The notes under the pieces: model-generated
Databases searched by the model: none
Told to the model about the DNA's origin: nothing
What the model saw: only the letters and a program-made list of their open reading frames with translations
Source of the DNA: an uncultured bacterium
Lineage (GTDB): Bacteria > JAJVIF01 > JAPKYR01
Length of the DNA stretch: 64,000 bases
Assembly: GCA_965369865.1 (NCBI GenBank)
Contig: CBDURU010000002.1
Coordinates: forward strand, 3,838-67,837
Direction: 5' to 3'
Position numbers and translations under genes: made by a program
Part shown: positions 50,275 through 60,763 of the stretch, piece after piece
How positions within the stretch are numbered: position 1 is the stretch's first letter
Layout: every line of letters begins with the position of its first letter

Positions 50275-53007
50275 TCAGGGAACAGGATGCTGATATTCTT
50301 CCAACATCAATACTATTTCATCGTAACCCGATTCCACCGCAATCGTGTATGCCGTCTCCCCATCATCATTTGCTGATTCAGGGTCGCAACCGGCATCAAG
50401 AAGCAATTCAACAACCCTTACCGGATTTCGATTATCGACTTCTTCCATGTCGCCTGAGTATTCTCTTGGGTAGTAAAATTCCGCAAGGAAATCTTCGTAT
50501 CTCATGACTGCGCACATAAGGGCAGTATCCCCATAGTCACTTGTTTTCGATACATCAGCACCACTCTCTATTAGTAACTTCACAATTTCCGGATTCCCAA
50601 TCCCCGATGCAAACATCAGGGGAGTGTGGCTGTTGATATAATACGTTTCAAGGTTGGCTCCGGCAATAACGAGCGTCCTCACCAAATTTAAGTTATTTCC
50701 CCTGACAGCGAACATCAATGCGGACCAGTATCCACGGTTTCTATAACCGGGCTTATCGGGAAGAGAGTAGCCGGTTTCCCTTTCGAAGCTCGGGTCGGCG
50801 CCTGCTTCCAGCAGAATATTGACAATCTCCACATAACCGCCGTTCGCAGCACGCAAAACCGGTGTGTCGCCGTATTGTGAAATAATCATGTTTGGATCGG
50901 CACCATTCTCTAGTAGATCGGTTACTTTTCCACTATCACCCCTATGAATAGCACTGTTGAGAAGAATATAAGCCATTTCATCGTCAATCAGCATATCGTG
51001 GGATTGCAGGAGTTCAATGATTTCTGAATTACCTCTGCCTGCTGCGATCATATAGGTTGAACCGCCGACATTCGGATCGGCACCATGTTCGAGCAGTGAC
51101 CTGACCAGTTCCACATTGGTGTTTTCAATTGCATACCAGAGTGCTGTCGGACCCTCCAGCATGGACGCTTCATCGTACATGGTGGCTTTTGTGTCGGTTT
51201 CACAGCCCGCTTCCTGCAGGAGTTCCGCAACTTCATTCTGCTGCCCGAAACCCTTGTCGCTGCATTCAATCATCTGGGCCATCTGTCCGTAATTTCCGTG
51301 AGTGAAAATATCTCTGAATTCATGGAATCTGACCGCCGTTAAAATCAGGGCTGTGTAACCTGTCTCTCCCTGAAATGATATATCTGCACCTCCATTAATT
51401 AACACCCTGGCAGTATCAACCTTACCAAGTCCGGCAGCCATCATCAGAGCAGTAAGCCCGTTCGGATCCTGGAAATCCGGATCGGCTCCGGCGTTCAGGA
51501 GGTCGGTAACCAGTTTAGCGGTCCCGATTCTTGATGCGAGCATCAATGGTGTATCTGTTGAAGCGCCCCGGACATTCGGGTCAACTTCTGCATCCAGGAG
51601 CACTCTCACAATTTCTTCTTCCGGGGATAAATCGTCTGATTGACTGGGACTCGGGAGAAAACCATGAATAATCGCTGCCAGGAGTGGAGTATACGGCCAG
51701 ATTTCGGATTCCGAACCGGGATCTGCGCCAAGCTCCAAGAGCCTGTCCATCATCACAGGCTGGCGAGTGTTGATCGATACCATCAGGCACTGTTCAAGCC
51801 ATGGGTCATCTGTGTTTATACCATACTCGATCAACAATTCCATCATAACAATATTGCCTGAATAAACCGTTGAAACGACAGGATGATACAAATCACCGCC
51901 TTCATGAAACTCGAAATCTATCTCGCCGCCTGCTTCTAATAGTAATTCAAGAATTTCATGGTAATGTCTACCGGTATGTGAATCGGAAATCCTTAAATCC
52001 TCCTGGGGAGAATTTCCGTACCGAATCGCTTCACAGATTCTGTTGTCATATTCGATGCATCGACGGAACACAGAATTGCCGTTGTTAGGGTTTGCACCTC
52101 TTTCAAGCAGAAGCTCTACAATATCGACGCGCTGGTTATAAACAGCCCAATAGAGAAGCGATGATTCTCCATCATAAAGGAAATCGATTTCCGAACCGGC
52201 TTCAAGGAGAATTTTTATGGCATCCAACTGTGCTTCAAAATCAGAGTCACCTTCATAAGCATTACCCAACAGAATAGCCATCGAGTCGACATCTTCACGA
52301 TTGGAGTAAAAAAATGGCCTGGATTCAGGCATATCCAGCCTTCCGGCTCCTGTGCATAAATAATATAAAGACTGCCTACCTTTGAAATCCCTGTGTTCCG
52401 GATCGTCAATTGCGGACATTAACCGATCCACCACATCTGAATGGCCATTGAGAGCTGCAATCATCATCGCCGATAGGTAGTAATCATTAAATCCGGACGG
52501 ATCAGCACCAAACTCGAGGAGGTTATCAAGCATATGAAGATCACCGGTCTCGCTGGCAATCTGCACCGGGGTTACACTGTTAATTCCTTCTGTATCCGGG
52601 TCAGCGCCAGCGGTCAGCAGAACCAGTGCGATTTCATCGTACCCATGTGATACAGCTTCGGAAATTGCGGGAAAATCATATCCATTGGGAATGAAATCGG
52701 GATTGGCTCTCTGATCCAGAAGCGATTGCACCCGATTCAGATCATTATCGATGACAGCGTCAATCAATTGATTAGTTAGGGACCGGTCGAATGGGCCCGA
52801 ATCTTCGATAAAAATACCGGTTGGTTCAACGCCTTGATTGCCCGGGCCACCGCTTAATTTATGGGGATAATCAGATTGCTGGTCTGCAGCGTGAATTTCA
52901 TCTTCGTAACCTGTTGCACAGCCGATGCTATTTAACAAAGCGACAATTACCAGGAATAACAATGTAATTAAGATGAAATTTCTCGCGCATTTCCACTTTA
53001 TGCACAT
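50275..53007 (-). CDS. giant ankyrin-repeat lipoprotein (910 aa)
   Basis: Lipobox LLNSIGC. More than 20 ankyrin repeats (G-TPLM-A---G----V--LL--GADPN pattern repeated throughout). Confidence 0.75.
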   Translation of the reverse strand: MCIKWKCARNFILITLLFLVIVALLNSIGCATGYEDEIHAADQQSDYPHKLSGGPGNQGVEPTGIFIEDSGPFDRSLTNQLIDAVIDNDLNRVQSLLDQRANPDFIPNGYDFPAISEAVSHGYDEIALVLLTAGADPDTEGINSVTPVQIASETGDLHMLDNLLEFGADPSGFNDYYLSAMMIAALNGHSDVVDRLMSAIDDPEHRDFKGRQSLYYLCTGAGRLDMPESRPFFYSNREDVDSMAILLGNAYEGDSDFEAQLDAIKILLEAGSEIDFLYDGESSLLYWAVYNQRVDIVELLLERGANPNNGNSVFRRCIEYDNRICEAIRYGNSPQEDLRISDSHTGRHYHEILELLLEAGGEIDFEFHEGGDLYHPVVSTVYSGNIVMMELLIEYGINTDDPWLEQCLMVSINTRQPVMMDRLLELGADPGSESEIWPYTPLLAAIIHGFLPSPSQSDDLSPEEEIVRVLLDAEVDPNVRGASTDTPLMLASRIGTAKLVTDLLNAGADPDFQDPNGLTALMMAAGLGKVDTARVLINGGADISFQGETGYTALILTAVRFHEFRDIFTHGNYGQMAQMIECSDKGFGQQNEVAELLQEAGCETDTKATMYDEASMLEGPTALWYAIENTNVELVRSLLEHGADPNVGGSTYMIAAGRGNSEIIELLQSHDMLIDDEMAYILLNSAIHRGDSGKVTDLLENGADPNMIISQYGDTPVLRAANGGYVEIVNILLEAGADPSFERETGYSLPDKPGYRNRGYWSALMFAVRGNNLNLVRTLVIAGANLETYYINSHTPLMFASGIGNPEIVKLLIESGADVSKTSDYGDTALMCAVMRYEDFLAEFYYPREYSGDMEEVDNRNPVRVVELLLDAGCDPESANDDGETAYTIAVESGYDEIVLMLEEYQHPVP

Positions 53008-53211
53008 TGTCTACTCCCTGTTGAAATTGATTAGAATAATTATACACGAGATTTGAGTATGGAAAATTTAGTAAGAGTTCATATACCATCAAGTTTAAAA
53101 TTCCAGGTCCTTTTTATACCTCTGAAAAGAGAGTATAATATGTAAGGTTACGAATGGGAACGTAACCGATTAGTAATTTGCATACCGTTTTTTCAGAAAC
53201 GGAGTTCTGAA

Positions 53212-53547
53212 ATGGGATTACGTGGAATAGATGTTCAGGTAACAATCCAGCGGGCTGCCGATGCGGATAAAATGCAGCAGGCCGAAATCGCCAATGCCCG
53301 TGCAGGGGAGGCGAGTACAAGGGAGGAGGCTGAACTCGCGAGGGCACGCAGGCAGGAACAACCAAGGCAACCGGAGAAAACTGATACGGTAGTTATCCAG
53401 AAGCGTAAGGAGCACGAGAAGAACGAAGGGGAAGGTGAAGAGGAACAGGAGGCTGTCGAGGAGCTCGGCCTTGAGGAAGAGTCGGATCCGATCAAGGATT
53501 ACTTGCGCAAACCACAGGTGAAGGGGAACCTTGATATTAAGGCGTAG
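53212..53547 (+). CDS. small highly charged (E/R/K-rich) protein, hypothetical
   Basis: 111-aa ORF with plausible RBS. Divergent from the ankyrin gene. Confidence 0.35.
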   Translation: MGLRGIDVQVTIQRAADADKMQQAEIANARAGEASTREEAELARARRQEQPRQPEKTDTVVIQKRKEHEKNEGEGEEEQEAVEELGLEEESDPIKDYLRKPQVKGNLDIKA

Positions 53548-53628
53548 GATTTACCAAGATGTAACTGATGAGGGTGATTTTACAAGTGCCGGAATCGCAT
53601 GCCGTGGATGTGCCGATTATAAATGCAT

Positions 53629-54711
53629 CTAGGATGCCGCGGCCATACGGGATCGCTGCCTGCGATATTTTTTCTTCGTTTTGTAGATAAAGGCAAGAAC
53701 TTCCGCAATGGCAATATAGAATTCGTACGGGATCATGTCGCCAATTTCGACCATTTTGTAGAGGGAGCGCGCGAGAGGGGGATCGCGATGGATGTGAATG
53801 TCGAACTCTCTCGCGATGTCGATAATTCTCTGTGCGATCGCGCCTTTGCCTTTAGCCACCACCTGCGGAGCGGGCATGTCTGGTTCATATTTAAGCGCGA
53901 CAGCAACGTGTATCGGATTGGTGACCACTACATCAGCCTTGGGGACTTCCCTTAGCATCGCCGTCATTGCGATCTGTCTCTGGCGTTGACGCATACGGCT
54001 TTTAACGAGCGGATCTCCCTCCATCTGCTTGTATTCTTCCTTCGCCTCGGTTTTTGTCAACATCAAATCTTTCTCGAACTGGTAAATCTGGTAGATAAGG
54101 TCAAGAATTGCAAGGATCAGCATTACACCGATGATCCAGAGTCCGAGCCTTAACGCATGCTGTCCGAAAAAGGGGAGATAAGCGGTTGGTTCGAGAGTGT
54201 GAGCCTGGATAATTACAGGGAGGTTCGCACGGATGTATGCCGTGGTTACAAGCGCCACGAGTCCGATCTTGAATACTGCCTTCAGGAGTTCCACGAATCC
54301 GCGAGTGGAGAACATCCGCTTCAAGCCGTTCATTGGATTAATGTTGCTTAGTTTAGGCCTGATAGGTTCAATGCTGATGTTCCCACGGGTCTGTAGGAGA
54401 TTTACTAAAATCGCGATTAAGGATGTTGCCGCAAAAATGGGCCATAAGATCACCAGGATTTTTGTGATGACGTAACTTGTCAATAACCTCATGCCTTCCT
54501 GGCTGACCGAAGGCCATGAAAGGTTGCCGTATACATCCCTGAACAATCCCATTGTAATATTGCCCCACATGTTCATGACAAGGGCAAGCGTCAGAAAAGC
54601 GATAAGAAGGACAATGGTGCCCGAAAGTTCCCGGCTCTTGGCGACCTGCCCACGCTCTCGCGCGCGTTCACGGCTTCTGGGTGTTGCCTGTTCTGTTTTT
54701 TCCTCGTCCAT
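53629..54711 (-). CDS. flhB: FlhB/SctU-family type III export apparatus protein
   Basis: MDEEKTEQATPRSRERARERGQVAKSRELS N-terminus, 4 TMs, NPIH (NPTH-type autocleavage site), PPLARSLY. Confidence 0.8.
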   Translation of the reverse strand: MDEEKTEQATPRSRERARERGQVAKSRELSGTIVLLIAFLTLALVMNMWGNITMGLFRDVYGNLSWPSVSQEGMRLLTSYVITKILVILWPIFAATSLIAILVNLLQTRGNISIEPIRPKLSNINPMNGLKRMFSTRGFVELLKAVFKIGLVALVTTAYIRANLPVIIQAHTLEPTAYLPFFGQHALRLGLWIIGVMLILAILDLIYQIYQFEKDLMLTKTEAKEEYKQMEGDPLVKSRMRQRQRQIAMTAMLREVPKADVVVTNPIHVAVALKYEPDMPAPQVVAKGKGAIAQRIIDIAREFDIHIHRDPPLARSLYKMVEIGDMIPYEFYIAIAEVLAFIYKTKKKYRRQRSRMAAAS

Positions 54712-54792
54712 TTAAATTGGGCGGACAGCAAAATTTACCGTTCCCTGGGAAACGGTATAATTAGTATCCGATTAATATTAATTGGATTACCT

Positions 54793-55203
54793 TCAGACGT
54801 CCTGCCAGTCGTCCTCTAATTCATTTAGATCCTGCCGGATATCGATGAATTTATCGAACCTGCAGATTCGGAGAATGTCCAATATCTCTCCACGAGGTGC
54901 AAGGATGGAAAAGGAAATGCCATCATTTTCATCAACGTATTTGTAGATTCGGACAAGGTTCTGGAGGCCGACCGTGTCGGCATATTCAAGCTTGCGGAAA
55001 TCGAGTACGAGATTTTTAATTCCCGATTCGTAAAGCCTGATAGCCTCTTCAAATAATGATTCTGCCAGAGTTTGTCTTAGTTCGCCAATCAGGGAGAGCA
55101 TGCATTTCTCACTGGCGAAAGCCCTCTTGAACATCAAGTTTTGACTATCGCTCTTTACCTGAGCGACGCTGCCCTTGATATAATTCTTAAAGTGGTCACC
55201 CAT
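54793..55203 (-). CDS. STAS-domain anti-sigma-factor antagonist (SpoIIAA-like)
   Basis: 136 aa, LVLDFRKLEYADTVGLQNLVRIYK. Confidence 0.65.
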   Translation of the reverse strand: MGDHFKNYIKGSVAQVKSDSQNLMFKRAFASEKCMLSLIGELRQTLAESLFEEAIRLYESGIKNLVLDFRKLEYADTVGLQNLVRIYKYVDENDGISFSILAPRGEILDILRICRFDKFIDIRQDLNELEDDWQDV

Positions 55204-55463
55204 TTGCCTTATCCTTCCATCTTTTACCGCGAAATTTCCTGTTGGGAGAGGGAAGAACGGAAATTAACGCAGCATTTACGCTCACAATATTATCATTATG
55301 ATTGGATGGATTGTTCTTTAAGTAAGTATATACAAAATAATTTTTTGCATGCAAAATTCAGCTGAAGATTTAGTTCATATCCAGAGTTTCCAGGGTCGCT
55401 TTAAGCCATACAGGCCGATCTAAGCCTTTATTTGTACTTTTAGATGTCACCGGTCGACCGGAT

Positions 55464-56099
55464 ATGGGTTATAATATTAATGTGAATTTAAATCTTAACA
55501 GGAGGGTTACCTTGAGCACGTGCGATTATGGTTCAAAAATCCTTCTTGCATTGATTGCATTTCTTGCACTATCAATATCACTTTACGCGGGTGGGAACAG
55601 TCCTGATAATTCCGGTACTCGGTTCATCATGGTCATGGATGTCCCCAGCCAGGATACTGTAGAGTTCGACGGCATGGTCCTCAGGGACAACTGCAAGCTT
55701 GAAGGACTTGTGGGCAGGATCGAAAGCGTTATTCTTTTAACCGGCGGCGACCTGTTCGTACTCACGCCTGCGATTAAAACCGCCCGGGAGATCGATAATC
55801 CCGGTATCCCCGGAAACGACTCAACAACATGGTCTGAATGGCTGATAGAGCCGGGCAGGATAAATCCACTGAAATTTGGTGAATCCCTTGGTGTTTCAGA
55901 CGAAGGCAATGAATCTTTACAGGTCGGGTCGAGTGGACAGATTGATCTTAATTTCGAAAATGGAATCCTGATATCCGTAAGGTTCCAAAATCCGGACGGT
56001 GAAGGTGAGGTTATATACACCTACCGGGATTTTGAATCCGACAGCGATATCAAACACAGAGATTTCGAAATCCCTGATGATTACCTGATGACTGAATGA
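55464..56099 (+). CDS. secreted hypothetical protein (LolA-like size/fold possible)
   Basis: Signal peptide/TM LLALIAFLALSISLYAGG. Confidence 0.4.
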   Translation: MGYNINVNLNLNRRVTLSTCDYGSKILLALIAFLALSISLYAGGNSPDNSGTRFIMVMDVPSQDTVEFDGMVLRDNCKLEGLVGRIESVILLTGGDLFVLTPAIKTAREIDNPGIPGNDSTTWSEWLIEPGRINPLKFGESLGVSDEGNESLQVGSSGQIDLNFENGILISVRFQNPDGEGEVIYTYRDFESDSDIKHRDFEIPDDYLMTE

Positions 56100-56114
56100 A
56101 GTAAAAACAAGGAT

Positions 56115-56133
56115 CCCGGGTAAGCTACCCGGG
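56115..56133. terminator. hairpin between convergent genes
   Basis: CCCGGGTAAGCTACCCGGG. Confidence 0.5.
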
Positions 56134-56181
56134 ACCTTTCGACATAACGCCGATTTGATTTGATGCTAAGCCAGCAGTTCA

Positions 56182-57384
56182 TTACTCCGTTACGATGAAG
56201 CCGGGTCCACCGGGTCCACCGTCCAGAACATCGACACCTTCATCGTAAATTCCATTTCCGTTAATATCCAAAAGGAGGTCGTACACACCTTCCTGGGCGA
56301 GAATCCAGGCGAGTATCAATCCTTCATTGACGCATCCTTCCTGAACCGGATCGAGTTCCACTCCACCCGTTATATCTTCGATGGTCATCCCATCTATCCA
56401 GATGTCTGTGTGAAACAGGATGTACTTAAGAACGTATAGACTGTTCAGGTCAAGTATGACACTCGGGTTGAGCCATATGTAAATCTTATCCCCGACCTTG
56501 AAGTTATTTGTGTAGGTATAGTCCCTGTGCGAAGCAAGTTGAGCGTAGATCGGACCACCAGTGTGTACATCCTGGACAACGATGCCGGTTGGCAACTGCC
56601 CGTCGACAGCATCCGTGCCTGAATTGAAAACACCGAATGGTTCGGCATCCAGGACAATATCGAATTGATCCGTGACGCCGGGCAATATTTTTGTCGCGTA
56701 AGGGAGAAGCTGCGTTGGTTCGATCTCACCGCCGGCGTTTGAGGTTACCTCAATATATTCCTGAATCTCAGGGGGCCAAACAACCAACGGGCGGTCGTCC
56801 GACCAGCTTGATATTATATCTCCATCGTTCCAGGCGCGTTTGTCTATAACCGGCCAGATACGGTAATTAGCCCCGGATTTCAAGGCCCTTGCGGCAACAA
56901 ATACGGGTTCACCAACAAGAACCGCGTTGGTGAGGTTACCATCGATATCACATCCCCATACTATTGGGTCCGTTGGCGCAATCGGAATTGCGACCGTACG
57001 TTCAACTGTACCTTTCAACGATGTGAGACGAATTGTATATTCTCCCGATGAAAGCCTGCCATGACCGGTATCGGGAAAGAATCCGACATCGTAAGCGATT
57101 ATTACATCATCGATCCGGCCCTGGTTGTCCGCAGTCAGACGGGCCATACTAACCACTGAGCCATCCTCCGCGATTGCCTCAATTAAAACCGGGAACTCAT
57201 TGGTATTCAGGCCGGATGCAGAGAACGTGAGCGCCTCGCCCTGGTTAAGAACGCCGCCAAATCCAGTTGAAACCGAAAGGACAAGGGGACCTCCAGGATT
57301 TTCATCGGAGCTTCCGGAGCATCCGATGGCCAGGGCGAGAACACCCATCAGCAATAGAGAGAAAAAGATTGGGAAGCGATACAT
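56182..57384 (-). CDS. secreted lipoprotein, unknown function
   Basis: MYRFPIFFSLLLMGVLALAIGCSG lipobox. Confidence 0.55.
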   Translation of the reverse strand: MYRFPIFFSLLLMGVLALAIGCSGSSDENPGGPLVLSVSTGFGGVLNQGEALTFSASGLNTNEFPVLIEAIAEDGSVVSMARLTADNQGRIDDVIIAYDVGFFPDTGHGRLSSGEYTIRLTSLKGTVERTVAIPIAPTDPIVWGCDIDGNLTNAVLVGEPVFVAARALKSGANYRIWPVIDKRAWNDGDIISSWSDDRPLVVWPPEIQEYIEVTSNAGGEIEPTQLLPYATKILPGVTDQFDIVLDAEPFGVFNSGTDAVDGQLPTGIVVQDVHTGGPIYAQLASHRDYTYTNNFKVGDKIYIWLNPSVILDLNSLYVLKYILFHTDIWIDGMTIEDITGGVELDPVQEGCVNEGLILAWILAQEGVYDLLLDINGNGIYDEGVDVLDGGPGGPGFIVTE

Positions 57385-57679
57385 TTTTCAAAATCACCTC
57401 TAAGTCAAGTACCTCTATTGTAACATCTTGTAGCTTTTTGTCAACTCTTGTGACTCGAAAAAATCATGGGAAGTTCATTAAAACGGCAATAAATTTTCTG
57501 AATTTAATCAAATTCAACCGTCCCTGTCCTTCATCGGGAAGCCTGTATTATAAAGTCGGATAATTCCGATAATTCTGCCATCCCTCTATACCATTGACAG
57601 AAAACCCCCCCTTGCTCATCACATTATGGTAAAATTCTGGTAATAATGGGATTTTTACCAGCATACCGGAGGTTTTTTA

Positions 57680-59446
57680 ATGTCACAAAAGCTAGACGAA
57701 TATCCCCCGGACTTATTAGATTCACGGTTTCCACTTACATCACTTGAAAAAAAGCTTCTTGAGAGTGGTGCCCTTGACCGTTCAACACTCAGGAAAATCC
57801 AGGTACAGGCAATGGAACGGGGTGTATTTGTGGAGGAAGAGATTCTCGACAGCGGCTTTGTCGAAGAGGAACCTGTACTGAAAATCGTTGCCAAGAGGCA
57901 GAACGTTCCGTACCTCATTCTCGATACAATAGAGCCGAACCCTGATGTGGTCACGCTGCTCGAGCAGGATTTCTGTGAGGAGCACAATGTATTTCCGATC
58001 CGTATTGAGGGTTCATACATGCACCTTGCGATGGCCGATCCGAAAAATATCAGGCTTAGAGATGAGATCAGGGAAATCACGGGGAAATCCGCCAAGGGTT
58101 ATCTCTCGAGCAAAGGAAGTATTAAGAAGAAAATATTTGAATACCGGCCGCATTTCCGCAAGAAAATCATCGAAATGCTTCTAAAATCAGTAGGAAAAGA
58201 CCAGGGAATCCAACTCACCCGCGAGATGGGGATCGAAATTGAAGACCTGAAAAAACTTCCCGAACAAACTGAAATTATCAGACTGGTCAATCTCCTGATT
58301 CTCCAGGCATTGCAGTTTCATGCATCGGATATCCACCTTATGCCGAGCGAGAAAGCGATGAATGTTAGGTTCAGGGTGGACGGTGTGTTGCAGGAACTGG
58401 TCGACCCGATCACTTACGATAAAGCCGAGCAGGTAGTGAATCGAATAAAAATCCTGTGCGATTTAGATATTACCGAAAGAAGGATGCCTCAGGACGGTCA
58501 TTTCAGGATTATTCTTGAGGGCCAGGATATCGACTTCCGTGTGGTTACCTCCCCGACAATTTTCGGGGAGAAAGCTGTTCTAAGGGTTCTGGACCGATCG
58601 ACAACAGTGCTGGACATGCGTCATCTCGGGTTTGAAACAAACTTGATCCAAAAGTTCAGAAAGCACCTTTCCAAACCACACGGGATAATAACAATGACCG
58701 GCCCCACCGGCTCCGGAAAAACCACGACCCTGTACTCGGCACTCAAGATTTTAAACTCGAAGGAAAAAAATATTACAACGGTCGAGAACCCGATTGAGTA
58801 CCGCATGAACGATATAACTCAGATCCAGGTTAACCCGGATATCGGATTAACTTTCGCCCACTGCCTGAGATCGATCCTCCGGCAGGACCCGGACATTATA
58901 CTGATAGGTGAAATCCGGGATCTCGATACGACCGAGATCGCCATACGCGCATCGCTTACAGGGCACCTTGTATTCGCGACACTTCATACGAACAACGCGG
59001 GAGGGGCGATAACCAGGCTGCTTGATATGGGTGTTGAGCCGTACCTCCTAGCAAGCACTCTGAGATGTGTTCTGTCACAAAGGCTTGTAAGGACAATCTG
59101 CAAACAATGCAGGAACGAGTACATACCCGATGCTGCAATGCTGGACGAAATCAGGTTGAATCTCGATGACATGGCTAAATTCGGTGATGAGCCCATAAAA
59201 CTTGCATATGGGAAAGGTTGCGGGCATTGCTTCCAAACCGGATTCTATGGACGTACCGCCATCGGTGAGCTGCTTGAGACCAATGATGAAATCCGCGATC
59301 TGATCGTAAATCGTGCGCATACGATTCATATCGAGGAAGCTGCGATCAGGAACGGGATGGTTTCTTTAAACAAGGACGGTTTGAGAAAGATACTCGCGAG
59401 AGTGACGACCTACGAGGAAGTGGCATCACAGACCGAGGTGGTATAA
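57680..59446 (+). CDS. pilB: type IV pilus / type II secretion assembly ATPase (PilB/GspE family)
   Basis: T2SSE N-domain, Walker A TGPTGSGKTT, Asp/His boxes, tetracysteine CKQC...CGHC. Confidence 0.85.
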   Translation: MSQKLDEYPPDLLDSRFPLTSLEKKLLESGALDRSTLRKIQVQAMERGVFVEEEILDSGFVEEEPVLKIVAKRQNVPYLILDTIEPNPDVVTLLEQDFCEEHNVFPIRIEGSYMHLAMADPKNIRLRDEIREITGKSAKGYLSSKGSIKKKIFEYRPHFRKKIIEMLLKSVGKDQGIQLTREMGIEIEDLKKLPEQTEIIRLVNLLILQALQFHASDIHLMPSEKAMNVRFRVDGVLQELVDPITYDKAEQVVNRIKILCDLDITERRMPQDGHFRIILEGQDIDFRVVTSPTIFGEKAVLRVLDRSTTVLDMRHLGFETNLIQKFRKHLSKPHGIITMTGPTGSGKTTTLYSALKILNSKEKNITTVENPIEYRMNDITQIQVNPDIGLTFAHCLRSILRQDPDIILIGEIRDLDTTEIAIRASLTGHLVFATLHTNNAGGAITRLLDMGVEPYLLASTLRCVLSQRLVRTICKQCRNEYIPDAAMLDEIRLNLDDMAKFGDEPIKLAYGKGCGHCFQTGFYGRTAIGELLETNDEIRDLIVNRAHTIHIEEAAIRNGMVSLNKDGLRKILARVTTYEEVASQTEVV

Positions 59447-59634
59447 ATACTCGTTATATGGTCAAACATATTGGCCGTTTTGGCCTTAAAAGACAGGATT
59501 TACCAACCTTGGTAAATTTTAATACCCGTGACATATCTTTTCCTGCTTCCAGCACCCCACTTAATTTACGATATTAAGTCGGTTAATTATTATGATTATT
59601 CCGACCTGAAATTTTTTCATGGCGGCATTAAACC

Positions 59635-60681
59635 ATGCGTGTACCAAGATTCAGACAATATGCAAACCTGACGCAAACGGCTTCGAAGGGGCCCAGCCAG
59701 GTATGGCCAGTTGTCAAGAAAATATTCATTTTATTTATCGCCATCGTGATGCTCGCGGGGTCCGGATGGGTGCTGATGAGGATCATCCCGAAGAGGAACT
59801 CTATCCAGGGTGAATACACACCGCCGTTATCCCGGACCGACATCGTCGAGTGCTCCCAGGCGCGATGGATTCTCCAGGACACACATTCGGAACAGCTTGG
59901 GGTCTACCTCGGGTGGTACTATCGCAAATTCCTTATGGTGGCCAAAAGCCCTGATGAACTCGATCAGTCAGGTTTCCGACCCTTCATATTCAACGATGAA
60001 GCTGGTGAGGAAGTAAAAATTCTCCCAAGTGGAGATGATTTCGAAGCAAACAACGACCTGTTTCTGTTTATGCTGATTCCTCCCGAAGGCACGACCGGTG
60101 GTTTCATTTCCAAGAGAACCCTGGAACAGTCAAATTTTGCGGGACAGGTCTCACATGAAGTCAGCAACGAAACTGTTTATGTAAATTCCGAGGATAAAAC
60201 ATCAATTCATGCCCAGTTCCTTCCTCAAACTCCGGAATTCCAGGAAGAATATATCTGCTTTCTCGCCCAGGCGTGGGAGTACGCAGTGTCGGGGTATGTA
60301 GCGCTCTATCAGCATCCACCTGAAAACCTGGACGACCTCCTTGACGGGATCGGTCTCGAGGCAAATCCCGATTGTGAGTGGCCCTTCGGAGCACGTGAAA
60401 GAATTCGTGCAAAGGTCGAAGGAGGGATTATCAATGGGAAGATCATTTACTGGCAGTTAACACTAATGGACGGATCAAGGTATGGTCAGGCCAGGTACTG
60501 GGACCATTACACGATTTACGATGATCCGGATACACCGGTAAATATCATTACCGATCATAATAACTCACCGGTTGTCGATCCCTCAGAAATTCGCGGGACG
60601 CGCCAGGTAATGTTTAACCTGGACATAATGAAAAACCTCCTTGAAGAGGCCCGGGCCGCAGAAATTCAGGGCACGGGATAG
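59635..60681 (+). CDS. membrane-anchored hypothetical protein
   Basis: Single N-terminal TM (IFILFIAIVMLAGSGWVLM). Follows pilB. Confidence 0.4.
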   Translation: MRVPRFRQYANLTQTASKGPSQVWPVVKKIFILFIAIVMLAGSGWVLMRIIPKRNSIQGEYTPPLSRTDIVECSQARWILQDTHSEQLGVYLGWYYRKFLMVAKSPDELDQSGFRPFIFNDEAGEEVKILPSGDDFEANNDLFLFMLIPPEGTTGGFISKRTLEQSNFAGQVSHEVSNETVYVNSEDKTSIHAQFLPQTPEFQEEYICFLAQAWEYAVSGYVALYQHPPENLDDLLDGIGLEANPDCEWPFGARERIRAKVEGGIINGKIIYWQLTLMDGSRYGQARYWDHYTIYDDPDTPVNIITDHNNSPVVDPSEIRGTRQVMFNLDIMKNLLEEARAAEIQGTG

Positions 60682-60763
60682 ATTCGGGCAATCAAGTTCA
60701 AATTTTTTTTGTTATACTGCACAGGTCAACTCCCCCCCTTGATGGTCGGGAATTTTAAATTTT

